Below are positions 10,648-22,488 of a stretch of 64,000 nucleotides of DNA, one piece after another. The translations under genes and the position numbers were made by a program. The stretch comes from Amphiscolops sp. MND2022 (taxonomy: Eukaryota): assembly GCA_964187785.1 (NCBI GenBank), contig OZ076409.1, positions 34,102,001 to 34,166,000 on the forward strand, read 5' to 3'. The notes below the pieces were generated by a model, which ran no database searches, was not told where the DNA came from, and saw only the letters and a program-made list of their open reading frames with translations. The stretch's first letter is position 1, and every line of letters begins with the position of its first letter.

Positions 10648-11404
10648 TGTAACGGCAAGCTCTGGTACAGCAATATCAACCGATTTTGCAACTTTGACAT
10701 GTTCAGAAATTTTGTCAAAAATTCTAATCCGATGTGTGACGTGGCACTGAGCATGTGATTGCTCTTTTCGCTGTTTCCACGAAATTGGCAGGTACTTCGA
10801 CAACAAAGAGCAAGAACGAGCAAAAAGACGGGCGCGCCGCCATGACAGAAGCCAGAGACGGCAAGAACATCCGAAAATAGACTCTTTTTGAGGTGCTAAC
10901 ACCGGTTTTATCGATTTTCAGCATCCGGAAACCGTAAAAATGAGTCTTTTCGCCTAAAGATCCTTGTTTGGTGCTTGGAGCCCCTGCGCCCCAGCTTTTT
11001 AGCTGTGTGGTTTGCCATATTCGTGCCTGTTTTCATGTATTTTCAGTGATTTTGGCTGTATTCAGTAGCGTTAGCGCTAGTTTAGATCTTATTCCCCAAT
11101 TTTAGATCTTATTCACATGTCACCCTGGAACTGGAAATTTACCTTATTCTTGGCATTGTTTTTATATGCTAGTTAAGCGGTGGTCTTTAGAGAGTCAGAA
11201 AGATGCCCGTTACTATTAGCAATCAAAGACTAGGACCGGTTGGACAGTATTCGTCGAAGCACCCGCGGCCCCGGGACGTATTTCACCCCTGGAGGCAAGA
11301 TGGATCTGTGGCGATGGGCGCCTGTCCCGAGCGATTCACCCATTCCTGCAGGTTCCTCCACCTCTGTTAACGCGTTAAGCGACCGATAACTGCTTGCCGT
11401 TACA
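10648..11404 (+). repeat. 3' LTR of Gypsy element 1 (757 bp)
   Basis: Begins TGTAACGGCAAGC and ends GCTTGCCGTTACA (perfect 13-bp terminal inverted repeat). Preceded by AAAGCCCGGGGAGTGA. The flanks (GTGA / TACC) are not a TSD, so it is not a solo LTR. Confidence 0.8.
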
Positions 11405-11513
11405 TACCCTTTGGAAAATCAAAATGTTTTCCAAAAAATACAAACAGTTCCAAATAACCAAAATTGGGCCGTTTTGCACTTTTTTGTGAGGTGACTTTAA
11501 AATGAGGGAAATA

Positions 11514-11516
<3 letters not shown>

Positions 11517-11592
<76 letters not shown>
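11517..11592. repeat. (GA)n microsatellite
   Basis: About 37 GA units with one interruption. Confidence 0.98.
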
Positions 11593-11600
<8 letters not shown>

Positions 11601-12414
11601 GAGAGCGTTTTAGCCTCTTTTGGTGCCGTTTAGTTCCTGGGCTAGAAAAAATGGACGCTCTTGAAAGTGTTTTTTTTCAAAACCATTTTCCAGCTCAAAC
11701 TACGTTTTTTTTGTAAGAAAACGAAAAACAATGAAATCCCAGGTGGTCAATTTCCTGAACCGTCCTGGCAAAAAAATGTCCCGACACAATAGTCTGATAC
11801 TTCAAATATATTTTTCCTACTGAAAGTCCCTATTACAAGGATCGCCTGCTGGATAATCCATGGGAGTGTGTGATAGGGATTCATTGAAAAAGGAATTTTT
11901 GTGAACAAATTGATTGTCTTGGATTCGAGTTAAACTCATAAACTAGGTTTCGTTCCCATTTTAGTGAGTTTTGTTACATATTCTATCAGGTAAATCCCTA
12001 GATGCAGTAGGCTAAGCTTTCGAATTTTCAATGTGAACAGAGAACATTGCCTCATCAATTTAAAGCAAGCCAGAATGACGGTTTTGTAAAGTATCAAAGA
12101 TTATTTAACAACTGACATTTCTTGACATACTCAACGTTCCAACTTATGCATTTCGTTCAGTTCAGAACGTGAATTTGAGAAAAGTAGGCCGAACGAGTTA
12201 TTTGTTTTGAATATCTCCGGTATTGGGATTTGCTCAAATGCAACAAGCTTGATTATTGACGGAGATTACAATTTTCATGTGCTGTGTTCAGAGCAAGTAT
12301 GTCAAGAATTTGTATAGAGCTGGGTTCAAAACTGGAACTCAAAAACTTAGCTTGAAGTTGTTGAATTCAGTTTTATTTGTTACTCCGATAACTTGAAAAT
12401 TCAAAAATTTTGGT

Positions 12415-14968
12415 ATGCTTTCGAAGTATTTTTTGTATCTATTTGCCTTTTCAGGCTGGCAAATTGTCTATCTAACGGCTAAAGGCACATCTAATGAAAA
12501 TGAAGTTTCACTTATAAAACCAATCCACGTCGCAATAATGACCGGATGTGACTCCCATTTTTCAGTTACTGCACAGGTAGCTTCTTCCTTGCTCAAATGG
12601 CCTTCAGTAGAAGGGAAGTATCGCGTTACATACGTAACGAGCTCTACCTGTAAAGACCGCGTGGAGAAATTGGGCGCAGTGTTGCATGACTCAGGAATTT
12701 GGTATTACCCTATAACCGACCCTGATGTTGGGTTGTTTGAGATGTACAACAATCTTTCCATGGGTTGGTAGTTTTCATGAGAATATTCAGTATTTTAAGC
12801 AGCTTTTTCAAGATTCAAAATTTAGCCCGAAGAAGACTGCAATTTAAATGTTTTTAAATGTGGAATCATAGCTTTAGGAGATTCAAAAACCAAATTATCT
12901 CTTTGCTTCAGGCGTATTGACTCACACGATAGCTGGTTTGGAGAGCCTCATGCAGCACGACAGACCTGATGTCGTTATAACCGAACCTTTTGGAGCAGTA
13001 GCTGGAACGGTAGCCGAAAAATACGATGTACCATTTTTGTTAGGCGCAACGATGCCTCTGCCGTCTCCTCGCGCTGGTAAAAAAGGCATTAAGGCTGCTG
13101 CTCCTTTGACTCTTTCCATAGTTTTGGACGAGACAAACCCAACTTGGTTGCTCAAAGCAGCTTATACCTTTTATTGTCATATGGGTACAATAGTTAGCGA
13201 AGTGCTTACCTATCGAGCACATTGGAAGCTGAATGAAATTCGTCGGAGTCACAACCAGGAACCGCTTGACAATCTAATTCACTTGTTCACCTATTACCCT
13301 ATACTTTCCTTGTTGGGTTAGTTGCCAAAACTTGAGAAGAACTGTTCGCTTTTAAAACTCGCATTAGGGGTCATTTATTTAGGGTTTTTTAGTCCTGTTT
13401 TTAGCCTTCTCTGCATCTTTCATTTTCTTCAGTCTATTTACTGAAATTTCAGTACAATTGTAGAGAAACTTTGTCGATATCATTGATACGATAAAATAGT
13501 TTTTAGACCTTAGTGATTTAGTTTTTAGATTTTAACTAAACTAACACATTTTAAATGAGGCTTCTATTCAAAAAATCTCCACAAACCAACTATAACTGAC
13601 TTTTGCAGTATGAGTATTATCTGAAATGAACGTTGTAGAATTTACATTGTGGACACTTAAAGCAGTATTTACACGCCAAGGGTCAATGCAATGTTCCCAA
13701 ATTTGGCGTCCAACAAAGTCAGTATTTTAGACCAGAACAAAAATTTATAATGTTTTTCGCTAAATTAATCTACTGTGCTTCAGTTTCGAAAACTTTGAAT
13801 TTCCATGAAGAAAATAGAGAAGCCTCTCCAGCAATTAATGTTTGACTTCGAAAAATGTATTTTCATTCTCAAAATGACATCACGTAATTAAAGAGTTCAA
13901 ACAGAACGTATTTGGTTTTGTAGAAATATTGTTGTGGTTTTTTTATTGTACAGGAAAACCATTGGCCCCTGAATTTGATAGTGACCGCGACAAAGTGTTC
14001 CATGTTGGAGTTCTTCCAGACGTTTCTGGCAACGTGGAGTTCAAAATGTCAGATGATTTGCAGTGGTTCATTGATCAAAGCGACCGGCCTTTAATTTACA
14101 TCTCTCTCGGCACTTATTTCGCCTTCTCTGAGGAGCATTCTGAACTCGTGATGAAAACTCTGGCACAACAGTCCACCTTCAATGTGATCTGGTCGAACAA
14201 ACGATGGACTCCGGAATTAGACGGGAAACTGGACAAGCAAAAATTTTTCATGCGCCCGAAACTTGCTCAACGAAATATTTTGGAGTGCGGAAAAGTGTAA
14301 GTGCGTTTTCTGTATAAAAAACTTGAAAACGAGTCGCCATTAATACTATTACCCAACTACTCAAAGTTGGAACACTCATAAGAGCTTTATGAATGAGGCA
14401 TCATAGTTTTTAATACCTTCTCTTGTAGAGCTTTTTGCACAATCTTTTGACCAAACCCATGACGTCAAAGGAAGGAACAAAATTGTTATATTTTAGAAAA
14501 GTATTTGTGACGCACTGTGGAGTCAGTTCTCTGATTGAGAGCATTCGTGCAGGAGTTCCAGTCATCGGCGTACCTCAAGGAAGAGATCAATTTTTTCTCG
14601 CACGCAACCTGAAGACTGCCAAAATTGGAATTGAACTGACAAGTGAACCTGATCCGAAAGACTTAATCCATGCAATAGAAATAATTCTGTCAAACTGGAA
14701 TTTCTATCACAACAACATGAAAGAAGCCTTGCATCAGATGACACACAAATCACAGGAAAACTTGGAACGGATTATTGACATGTTTGTCGCGAAAGGTCAT
14801 GTCGTCACCTATGGCGAGGAAGGGTCACTTTTCCCTACATCTCATGCTTTTGCAGCGGCTGGAATAGTTGTGTGTGCTGCTTTGGGATTAATCATTTTCA
14901 TGCTTCGCTGTGCAGTCCGCCTATGTCTCCGCAAAAGACCAAAGACAAGGAAAGAAAAAACCAACTAG
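12415..14968 (+). CDS. UDP-glycosyltransferase (UGT, GT1 family), ER membrane type, 4 exons
   Basis: Exons 12415-12763, 12912-13316, 13954-14296, 14497-14968, all GT-AG with matching phases. Signal-peptide-like N-terminus, IYISLGT, UGT signature (AQRNIL..KVKVFVTHCGVSSLIESIRAGVPVIGVPQGRDQ), C-terminal TM helix and KEKTN dilysine-type tail. Confidence 0.92.
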
Positions 14969-16254
14969 ACCTTGAAGCACAGATTTATCTAGGAATTTTG
15001 AAGAACAAGTGGCAAATCAAACTCCTGACTAATATAAACCTTCCCTTTAGCCGTGAACTCATTAAATATTTTCCCTCTGTTTAAGTAACTATTAATTCAA
15101 CGTTTGAGCTCCTACTGTGGGGTAGTGGGGAGTTGGAATGAAAGAATTAGTAGAAGCGATCCGATGTTTGATGTTTTTGAGTTATTCATACCAACAAAGA
15201 ATCAATGTTTGAATGGATTGGTATGGCATAATGTATCTTGTGTTGATTCAAGCTAATGAAAATGCTTGGGTATGTAAAGATTTAATTTCAACAAAAAATG
15301 AAAGAAATAATTAAAAAAATAGGACGCCCGCTCAACAGCGGGATATTTTCCGCCCCAAACTGTTCTAGCAACGACATAAGGAAACACTTAATTTAAGAAC
15401 TCGCTAAGTACCTAAATGATTTGTTATTGAATTACGTAAAATTTAATGAAAAAGGCAACCTAAATGATATATACAGTCTGAATTTGAGAAAACCGAGGTG
15501 AGAGGGATCTCCAATTGAACCCTTTATGACATTCGAAAATTGTACATTTCTCGATCATCTCCCCAAAAAAGCTACAGTACCTTAGTTGCAGCCACCTGGT
15601 CAACTGATTATGGTCTTGAAGCTGTGACTTTCACTCTAGGTAAAAAAAAGTGTGACTGCCTGATGTTGTCTACCTAATTTTGTTTTTCCTCGCCAATTGT
15701 TCATAGGTTCCCAAACCATTAAACTAAGCCAGAGGTTAGGAGCTTGCTAAAACACCATTTTTGCTGAGTTTAAAGAGATTCAGAGATTTGACCCCAAAAT
15801 TGCGCTAACACAAGACAAAAGTCTTCACCACTAAACCATTGTCCCCAGAAATAAGAAAATTGGATATTTATTCACCACTTTTCTTCGAAAAACTACTTCC
15901 CAAGCATAAAATCAAAAGAAGTAGCTCAAAAATTTGTTTTTCAGTTTCTTGGAACTTCAATCTGTCGGATACACCCTAAATCTTAGGGAAAACTTCAATA
16001 TGGATATTTTGACTTAGCTTTTTGAGATATCTAAGTTTTTTTTGTGTTTCTAAAATGAGGTTCGCAATGCAACGGAAACGTCCAAACGTACAAAAATGGT
16101 GAGAAACTGTGAAAAGGTAAAATTTTAGTCATTTTTGAATTCAAGCCATGCATCCGTTTAGAGACTAAAAGTGGTTTCTTCCAAACAGCAGCTGTGGATA
16201 CTAAATGATACTGAAAGCTCTGAAGATACTAAGAAATAACAAAGTTTGCACTGA

Positions 16255-16453
16255 NNNNNNNNNNNNNNNNNNNNNNNNNNNNNNNNNNNNNNNNNNNNNN
16301 NNNNNNNNNNNNNNNNNNNNNNNNNNNNNNNNNNNNNNNNNNNNNNNNNNNNNNNNNNNNNNNNNNNNNNNNNNNNNNNNNNNNNNNNNNNNNNNNNNNN
16401 NNNNNNNNNNNNNNNNNNNNNNNNNNNNNNNNNNNNNNNNNNNNNNNNNNNNN
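16255..16453. other. Assembly gap (N run)
   Basis: About 200 N bases. Confidence 1.
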
Positions 16454-16604
16454 NTTTCACTTGGCCCAAAAAGAAACCACTCATGAGTATTATACCAGCA
16501 AATAATTCTAAATCGTTAATTGAGTATTTCGCTTCAAAATCCGTTTAAAATCTTAACGCAAATGTTACTGGTTTCCATTCTTGGTTATATTGCTGTTGCT
16601 AGCG

Positions 16605-17063
16605 TAATGATCATGCAAAATGAATATTATATTACGCAAATATTACTGTTTTTCAGTTTAGTACCAGTTTTGGAGAAACTACCAGATCATCGAAATCTGC
16701 CACTTTTAAATGACATGCTTCAATTTTGGTACCAGTCACGAGAATCTCTATTCGTACTTTGGGATTTTTCGTGTCAATCAAAACAATTTCCTTTGATATA
16801 AAATTGATTTAATTCAAGTTCTTTTGCCTTTCTAATAATGATCATGCAAAATGAATATTATATTACGCAAATATTACTGTTTTTCAGTTTAGTACCAGTT
16901 TTGGAGAAACTACCAGATCATCAAAATCTGCCACTTTTAAATGACATGCTTCAATTTTGGTACCAGTCACGAGTATCTCTATTCGTACTTTGGGATTTTT
17001 CGTGTCAATCAAAACAATTTCCTTTGATATAAAATTGATTTAATTCAAGTTCTTTTGCCTTTC
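16605..17063. repeat. Two near-identical tandem copies of a 231-bp unit
   Basis: TAATGATCATGCAAAATG... begins at 16605 and at 16836; only a few substitutions differ. Lies just after the gap. Confidence 0.9.
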
Positions 17064-17134
17064 CAAAAATGATTACATACTCAAAATCAGCGGACCAATG
17101 AGAGAGCAGCGGCAAAAGTGTCATTACAGCAGCA

Positions 17135-17258
17135 GTGTTGGCGTGGAATCCAGGACAAGCACTGTCGTGGAATCCAAGACACGCTCAACATCAAAGGTAA
17201 ATTTTGTCCTGGATTCCACGACATTGCTCAATTTTCGTGTCCCGGATTCCACGACAAG
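17135..17258. repeat. Small palindromic (MITE-like) element
   Basis: Two forward copies of CGTGGAATCCA(G/A)GACA, followed by two reverse-complement copies TGTCC(T/C)GGATTCCACGAC. Confidence 0.6.
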
Positions 17259-18102
17259 CAGCAAAATAGCTTGCCTGTGCACTGTAATGATGTCTCCAAA
17301 GGTCCCCCATCAACTTTCGTTGCTGTTTTGCCCCCTTTTACATTTTTCTCAGTGGCCCTGCTCGCTATATCCCAACTTCTGACTTTATATCCGAATTAAA
17401 TTGCGTTTCATTGAATAGATGGTCGATGTTCAAAAATATTGCATTTTCATAATGCATTGGCTACTCTCGAGTCTCAAGATTGTCTTAGAACGCCGGGGCT
17501 GAAAATTTCCCGGGACTTTGCCGCGAAATGTAAAAAAGGGCTATTCATTGTGGTCTGGAGGAAATCAAACCTGTCACTGTAAAAGTCATGCAGTCGAAAT
17601 GCTCAGACTGAAAATTGCATAATACTATTTTCAGGCTTTTTTCTTCCAAAAATATATTCACCACATATATGCTACGATCCAACCAATCGAAGCATATATT
17701 TTCAGCGAGTAATTAATTTCAGAAATTAGTTTTTTTAGGGAGTAGCGAAAAAAGCCATGTCAAATCTCTGACAAAATATTTTCCCTTTCCCACATGAAGT
17801 ATTAGCGGGAATTCATGAAATCAGCTTTCTGATTTTCAATATTAATTTGGATTTTATTGAAATCATTAGCATATTTCATTCAAAATATAGACCAACCCTG
17901 TCAACAGACAAATTCACTATTGTAAGAGGAACACATTATTTTCAGACATGATAGGAACATCTCTAGTCGGCCTCCCGTTTAAGGCTCGAAAAGTACAGTC
18001 TTTCGAATTCACTAGCGACTTGTTTTTGATAAACTTTAAGACTGTCACAGTGCCGAATAAATCAAAGAGGTACTTGATGCAAACATTCAAATGATGTTTC
18101 AG

Positions 18103-19504
18103 AACTTCTCCGAAAAAAGACACACCGAAAAAACCTGCCAAAAAGACTGCATTGATTGGTGGAAAATCAAATGGAGGCAAAAGCAGTGCATCTACAACGA
18201 GCAACGGAACTGCTGACTCTGATAGGTCGGCTTCTACTACAGGGGCAAGCTCCAAAAGTGTAAAGTCTGGACTATCTTCGTCTTCTACCAAACTCTCGAG
18301 TAAAAGCTCTGCTTCTAAACACTTTATTGAACGCAATAAAGAACTGGCTGCAGACGCTGCAAGTATGATACCAATGACCCCTGAGGAAAGGTCAAGGTTG
18401 GATTCCTTACTCGAAAATGTTGACCTCATGGATGATGATGAAGGTCTTGATGAAGATGCTAACGATGCTGCTTCAAATGGATCCCCTACAGGTAGTGCTC
18501 CTTTTGTGGGCGGCAACAGTCGGAAACATCTAGGCGGCGGAAAACAGAAACGAAGGTATCACGCGATTAGTGCGCAGGAGGAAAAACTACTGACGGAGAT
18601 CGATGACAGGCTCAGTGGATATTTGACTTTTGAACAGTTTAAACAAATATGTTGGCAAGATGCATCTGAGAGTGATACCATGTCTGCAACCTCGTCATCT
18701 GCCTTGGAAAAGGGAGATGATAAAATAAGGGAAACAAGAGAAGATAGAATCAGTCAAATCAGGTTGGCCCATATCGATGAAAAACTCAGAAGACTCAAAG
18801 TTGCTGGCGAGTCTCAGAAAGATGGAAGTTTTTCAGAAGATGGGACTAATGTTCCCGCTATAAGTCAGTTCCAAATGCAACAATTGCTCAATGAGGTAGG
18901 AACGCAATATGCTAATGATACTGCCCAAGGAATAATGTATCCCAAACCCAACAAAGAAGAACTCAGAACCCTTCTTAACAGAGAAACTAATTTGGAAGAT
19001 GAAGTGAGAGACTGGAATTACATAGAATACGATAGAAGCAAAAGCTTTTCAGAAGAGCTCAGAGAGCTTACAAAGTTTGCAGATGACATTGAGACTTACC
19101 TCGCCATTGAGTATAACATCGAGGAACTTTCAGATGACAATAATCCTGGTACCAGTGCTTCTCACATCGCAAAAACAGAGGGTGCGGTTACATCCATTGT
19201 TGGGTCTAGAAATTACACCGTGATAGAAATTTCCAGAGAAATGGAGTATTTGGATAAAAGGGCCGATATGTTGATGCAAAGGCTGCATAATTTACCCGAG
19301 ATCCGAGATGTTAATATTGATGATGTTCCTAGTCATCAGGATATTGTGAGGAGTGTTACGTTTGAGGATATCGAGCAAAATGAAAGACTATATGAGTTAG
19401 ACAGAGACATGGACAATCTGAGGAAAAAGTTGGAGTCCCTGGAACAGTTGAGGAAAGATACAATGTCGAATATTTCTGTTGACACTTCAACTAACGACAC
19501 TTGA
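18103..19504 (+). CDS. FSIP1: Fibrous sheath-interacting protein 1-like, terminal coding exon (5' exons not identified)
   Basis: Acceptor TTTCAG at 18102 opens the frame. The motifs FIERNKELA..MTPEERSRLDSLL, LLTEIDDRL and GDDKIRETREDR..RLAHIDEKLRRLK resemble remembered FSIP1 blocks (FIKRNIELA..EKKRLVELL, LAEIDIKL, RLREIDEKLK) in the same order. Confidence 0.7.
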
Positions 19505-20228
19505 CGTTAATCTGTGTAACTTTTCTATTGAACAGTTTATAGTAGTTACTTGTGAATAGTCTGTACAGTTTTGTAAATTATCCAGATTGTAAATAGAACA
19601 GCTAAAAAGTATAAATACGCTTTTGATTTTGGGCAATGCTATCTAATAAAAAATGAATTTGTAAATGTTGTCTTTTATTATGCTTTTCTTGAAGACATCT
19701 GGTCTGTTACCATATTAAATCTCTAGAATAACTGTATTTTGCCTGTTGTTACCTTAACTGTTACAAAATGAGTCCTCGTTGTATCAGAATACAATCCAAA
19801 TCCAATAAGGCAAAAAATGTAACTCAAATAGTTTCCTGAGTTCTTGCCGGTTCTGAGTTTTGTCATTCTGAATATGAAATCGTGGCCTTTCCCTAACATG
19901 AGACCAAATAGGACATTTTGAATACGATTTTTACCGAGAGTTGAGAACTGTTTGCTTTTCCAGAACTTTCTGTATTGTTCTGTCGGATATGAGTTGAAAT
20001 GATCAATGTTCCCAATAGTAACAAGTTCAAAAATTTTGACAACCTTCACTCTCTGCAACTGGAACCGAAAATATTTCTTTTTACTGTTTTCATGAGAAGT
20101 AGAGCAGTATTCAGATATGTTTCTTCCTGGGAACTTTCCATCGAGAAAGTTTTCAAAAGTCAACTCTTCGATTCATTATTCTCCATCCTAGAATTTATCA
20201 TTTCCCGCCCATATTTCATGGTGGATTA

Positions 20229-20970
20229 GAATGTTGAAAACGTTCAACAAGGCACGAATTTGTTGTCCAATAGTCTTCTATGAAGAGATAAATGCAGTTT
20301 CTAAAAGAAAAATTACCCCAAAATGGCAAAGTCCAAATTTTTTTCGATTTTTAACGTTTTTATGCAATTTCTGTCAAATTTTCGACAGACTTGATTGGAA
20401 TGTTGAAAAGAGTGAACAAGGAACGAGTTCGTTGTCCGGTAGGCTTTTCCGAAGAATTAATTGCGGTTTTCAAGTTGAAAAATATCTCAAATAGGCACCG
20501 AAATGGACAAAAAACCCAAGTTTTCCAGTTTTGGAAGTTTTTATGCAATTTTTGTCAAATTTCGATAGACTTCTGGGATTGGATTGTTGAAAATGGTCAT
20601 CAAAGTAAGAATTTGTTGTCCAGTAGTCTTTTATGAAGAGATAAATGCAGTTTCTAAAAGAAAAATTACCCCAAAATGGCAAAGTCCAAAATTTTTTCGA
20701 TTTTTAACGTTTTTATGCAATTTCTGTCAAATTTTCGACAGACTTGATTGGAATGTTGAAAAGAGTGAACAAGGAACGAGTTCGTTGTCCGGTAGGCTTT
20801 TCGAAGAGTTAATTGCGGTTTTCAAGTTGAAAAATATCTCAAATAGGCACCGAAATGGACAAAAAACCCAAGTTTTCCAGTTTTGGAAGTTTTTATGCAA
20901 TTTTTGTCAAATTTCGATAGACTTCTGGGATTGGAATGTTGAAAACGGTCATCAAAGTAAAAATTTGTTT
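20229..20970. repeat. Tandem repeat, ~353-bp period built from two related ~170-185-bp subunits
   Basis: ATAAATGCAG recurs at 20288 and 20641. GAATGTTGAAAA-like starts recur about every 170-185 bp. More degenerate units continue to about 21800. Confidence 0.85.
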
Positions 20971-22488
20971 GACTCCAAAACCAATGACTCCAAATGCGTC
21001 GAAAAATCGAAAAAGTTCATTATTTCGTTTTTATGCAACTTATATGTACTTTTTGAATCGTTTTGGAGTCAGAATGTTAGCAAACGTTCAACAATGATTG
21101 TGAACTCATAATCCAGTAAGCTCTTGAGAAAGAATTTGCAGACTTCGGTTGGAAAATGGTCAAAATTGACCGCAAAGAGTCGAAATTTTGACTATTTCTG
21201 ACATTTCCAGTGAGTTTTTATTTGAGACTAGAAACTTTTGATATTGAAAAATTATAAAGATGAAAGCTTCCAAAAGTTTAATATGATAAAATTAGGTCCA
21301 GCACGTTTTTGGATAAGAAATTTGCATATTTTTTGGCAGAAAGTTTCCTGAGAACATTTTATGCACTTTTTTGTACAACTTTCAAGCTACTTCCTTGCAT
21401 AAAGAGGTTTAAAAAACTCACTAATGACTAATCCTGGTATCCAGTAGGCATTTTTGAAGATGCAACTGCAGTTTTTTTGGAATTGGCGTCAAAAACACCC
21501 CAAAATCCAACAAACGACAAAAAAGCACGTTTTTTGACAAATCAATCCAATTTTTGTTGAAACCACGAAAGTTTTGTGGAATAGGAATTCCATTTACCTG
21601 AACGTTGAAACAATAAGGTATTCAAAACGCAATTTGGGAAAGAAAGTACGATGAAGTTCTTCGAGTTTACAACAAAGGTATCAGAATTTCCCAATTTTCG
21701 ACAACCAAGTAACAATTTTGGAACCTTTACAAAAAGTTACTTCAATCAGAAAACCCATAGGCTCAGGATTGAAACGTGCAGCTGCCGGTAGTGTTTCGGA
21801 AAGATAACAGACAAGGTTTTGTCCACAATTTTCAAAAATTTCATTTGAAATTGTAAAATTCTTTTTCGACCTTATTTGTGAAGTATCTAATATTCAAAAA
21901 GCTCCAAGCAAAATCACTAGATATGGAGTAAACCTTCAAATGGAAAATGTTTTTGCAGTTTCCCACGTAAGTAGAAAACCTGAGAATGACCCAAAAACAA
22001 AAATGAAAAGAGGCATTTTCCACAATCATCAAAAAACTCATCAGTTCCAAAATATCAAAAGTAACGAAGAGGTCACCCCCAAGACTCGGGAAACTTATTT
22101 CCTTTACAGAAAACCTCAAAAACTAAATTTTGTGAAAAATGTTTTCGAAAATTGTCTTCCAAAAGTTTCTCTTCACGCGGTAAGTTGCATAGTGCCGAAA
22201 GTACAAAAAGTGGGCAGCTATTGCAGAAATAATAAATTAGGTGTTGCCTTTTAAAATGGACTAAGATGCAAATCAAAGCTTTATTCTTCGAACTTTTCTT
22301 TCATAGTGCTTTGGCTATTCTTGAGCCTCAAATTTATATAGTTGTAGAACAGTTTGGGGCGGAAAATATCTTGCTGCTCAGCGGGCGTCTTGTTTCTATA
22401 TTGATTCGAACATATCTGAAACTCGTATGAATATGCAAATCAAGTTTGCGACGCTTTCCTATTCATTTCAGTGCGAAATGTCGTCACT

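Larger units (their letters stand above)
1..11404 (+). mobile_element. Ty3/Gypsy LTR retrotransposon 1 (5' LTR outside the window)
   Basis: Single gag-pol ORF in PR-RT-RH-IN order, followed by ~1.1 kb of 3' sequence, a purine-rich tract (10632-10647) and a TG...CA LTR (10648-11404). No second LTR copy is present in the window, so the 5' end is inferred to be upstream of base 1. Confidence 0.85.

Noticed and set aside
16158..16486. ORFs spanning the N run
   Set aside because: Artefacts of the assembly gap.
16520..17032. Duplicated small ORFs (MIMQNEYY...)
   Set aside because: By-products of the 231-bp tandem duplication beside a gap; possibly an assembly artefact.
17917..18516. Antisense ORFs overlapping the FSIP1-like exon (and similar ones over gag-pol)
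   Set aside because: Shadow frames of real coding sequence.
19723..20163. 146-aa - strand ORF
   Set aside because: Non-ATG start and no recognisable motif or splice context.
20229..21111. ORFs or a CRISPR-like array in the tandem repeat
   Set aside because: Whole units repeat with no unique spacers; eukaryotic context; no cas genes.
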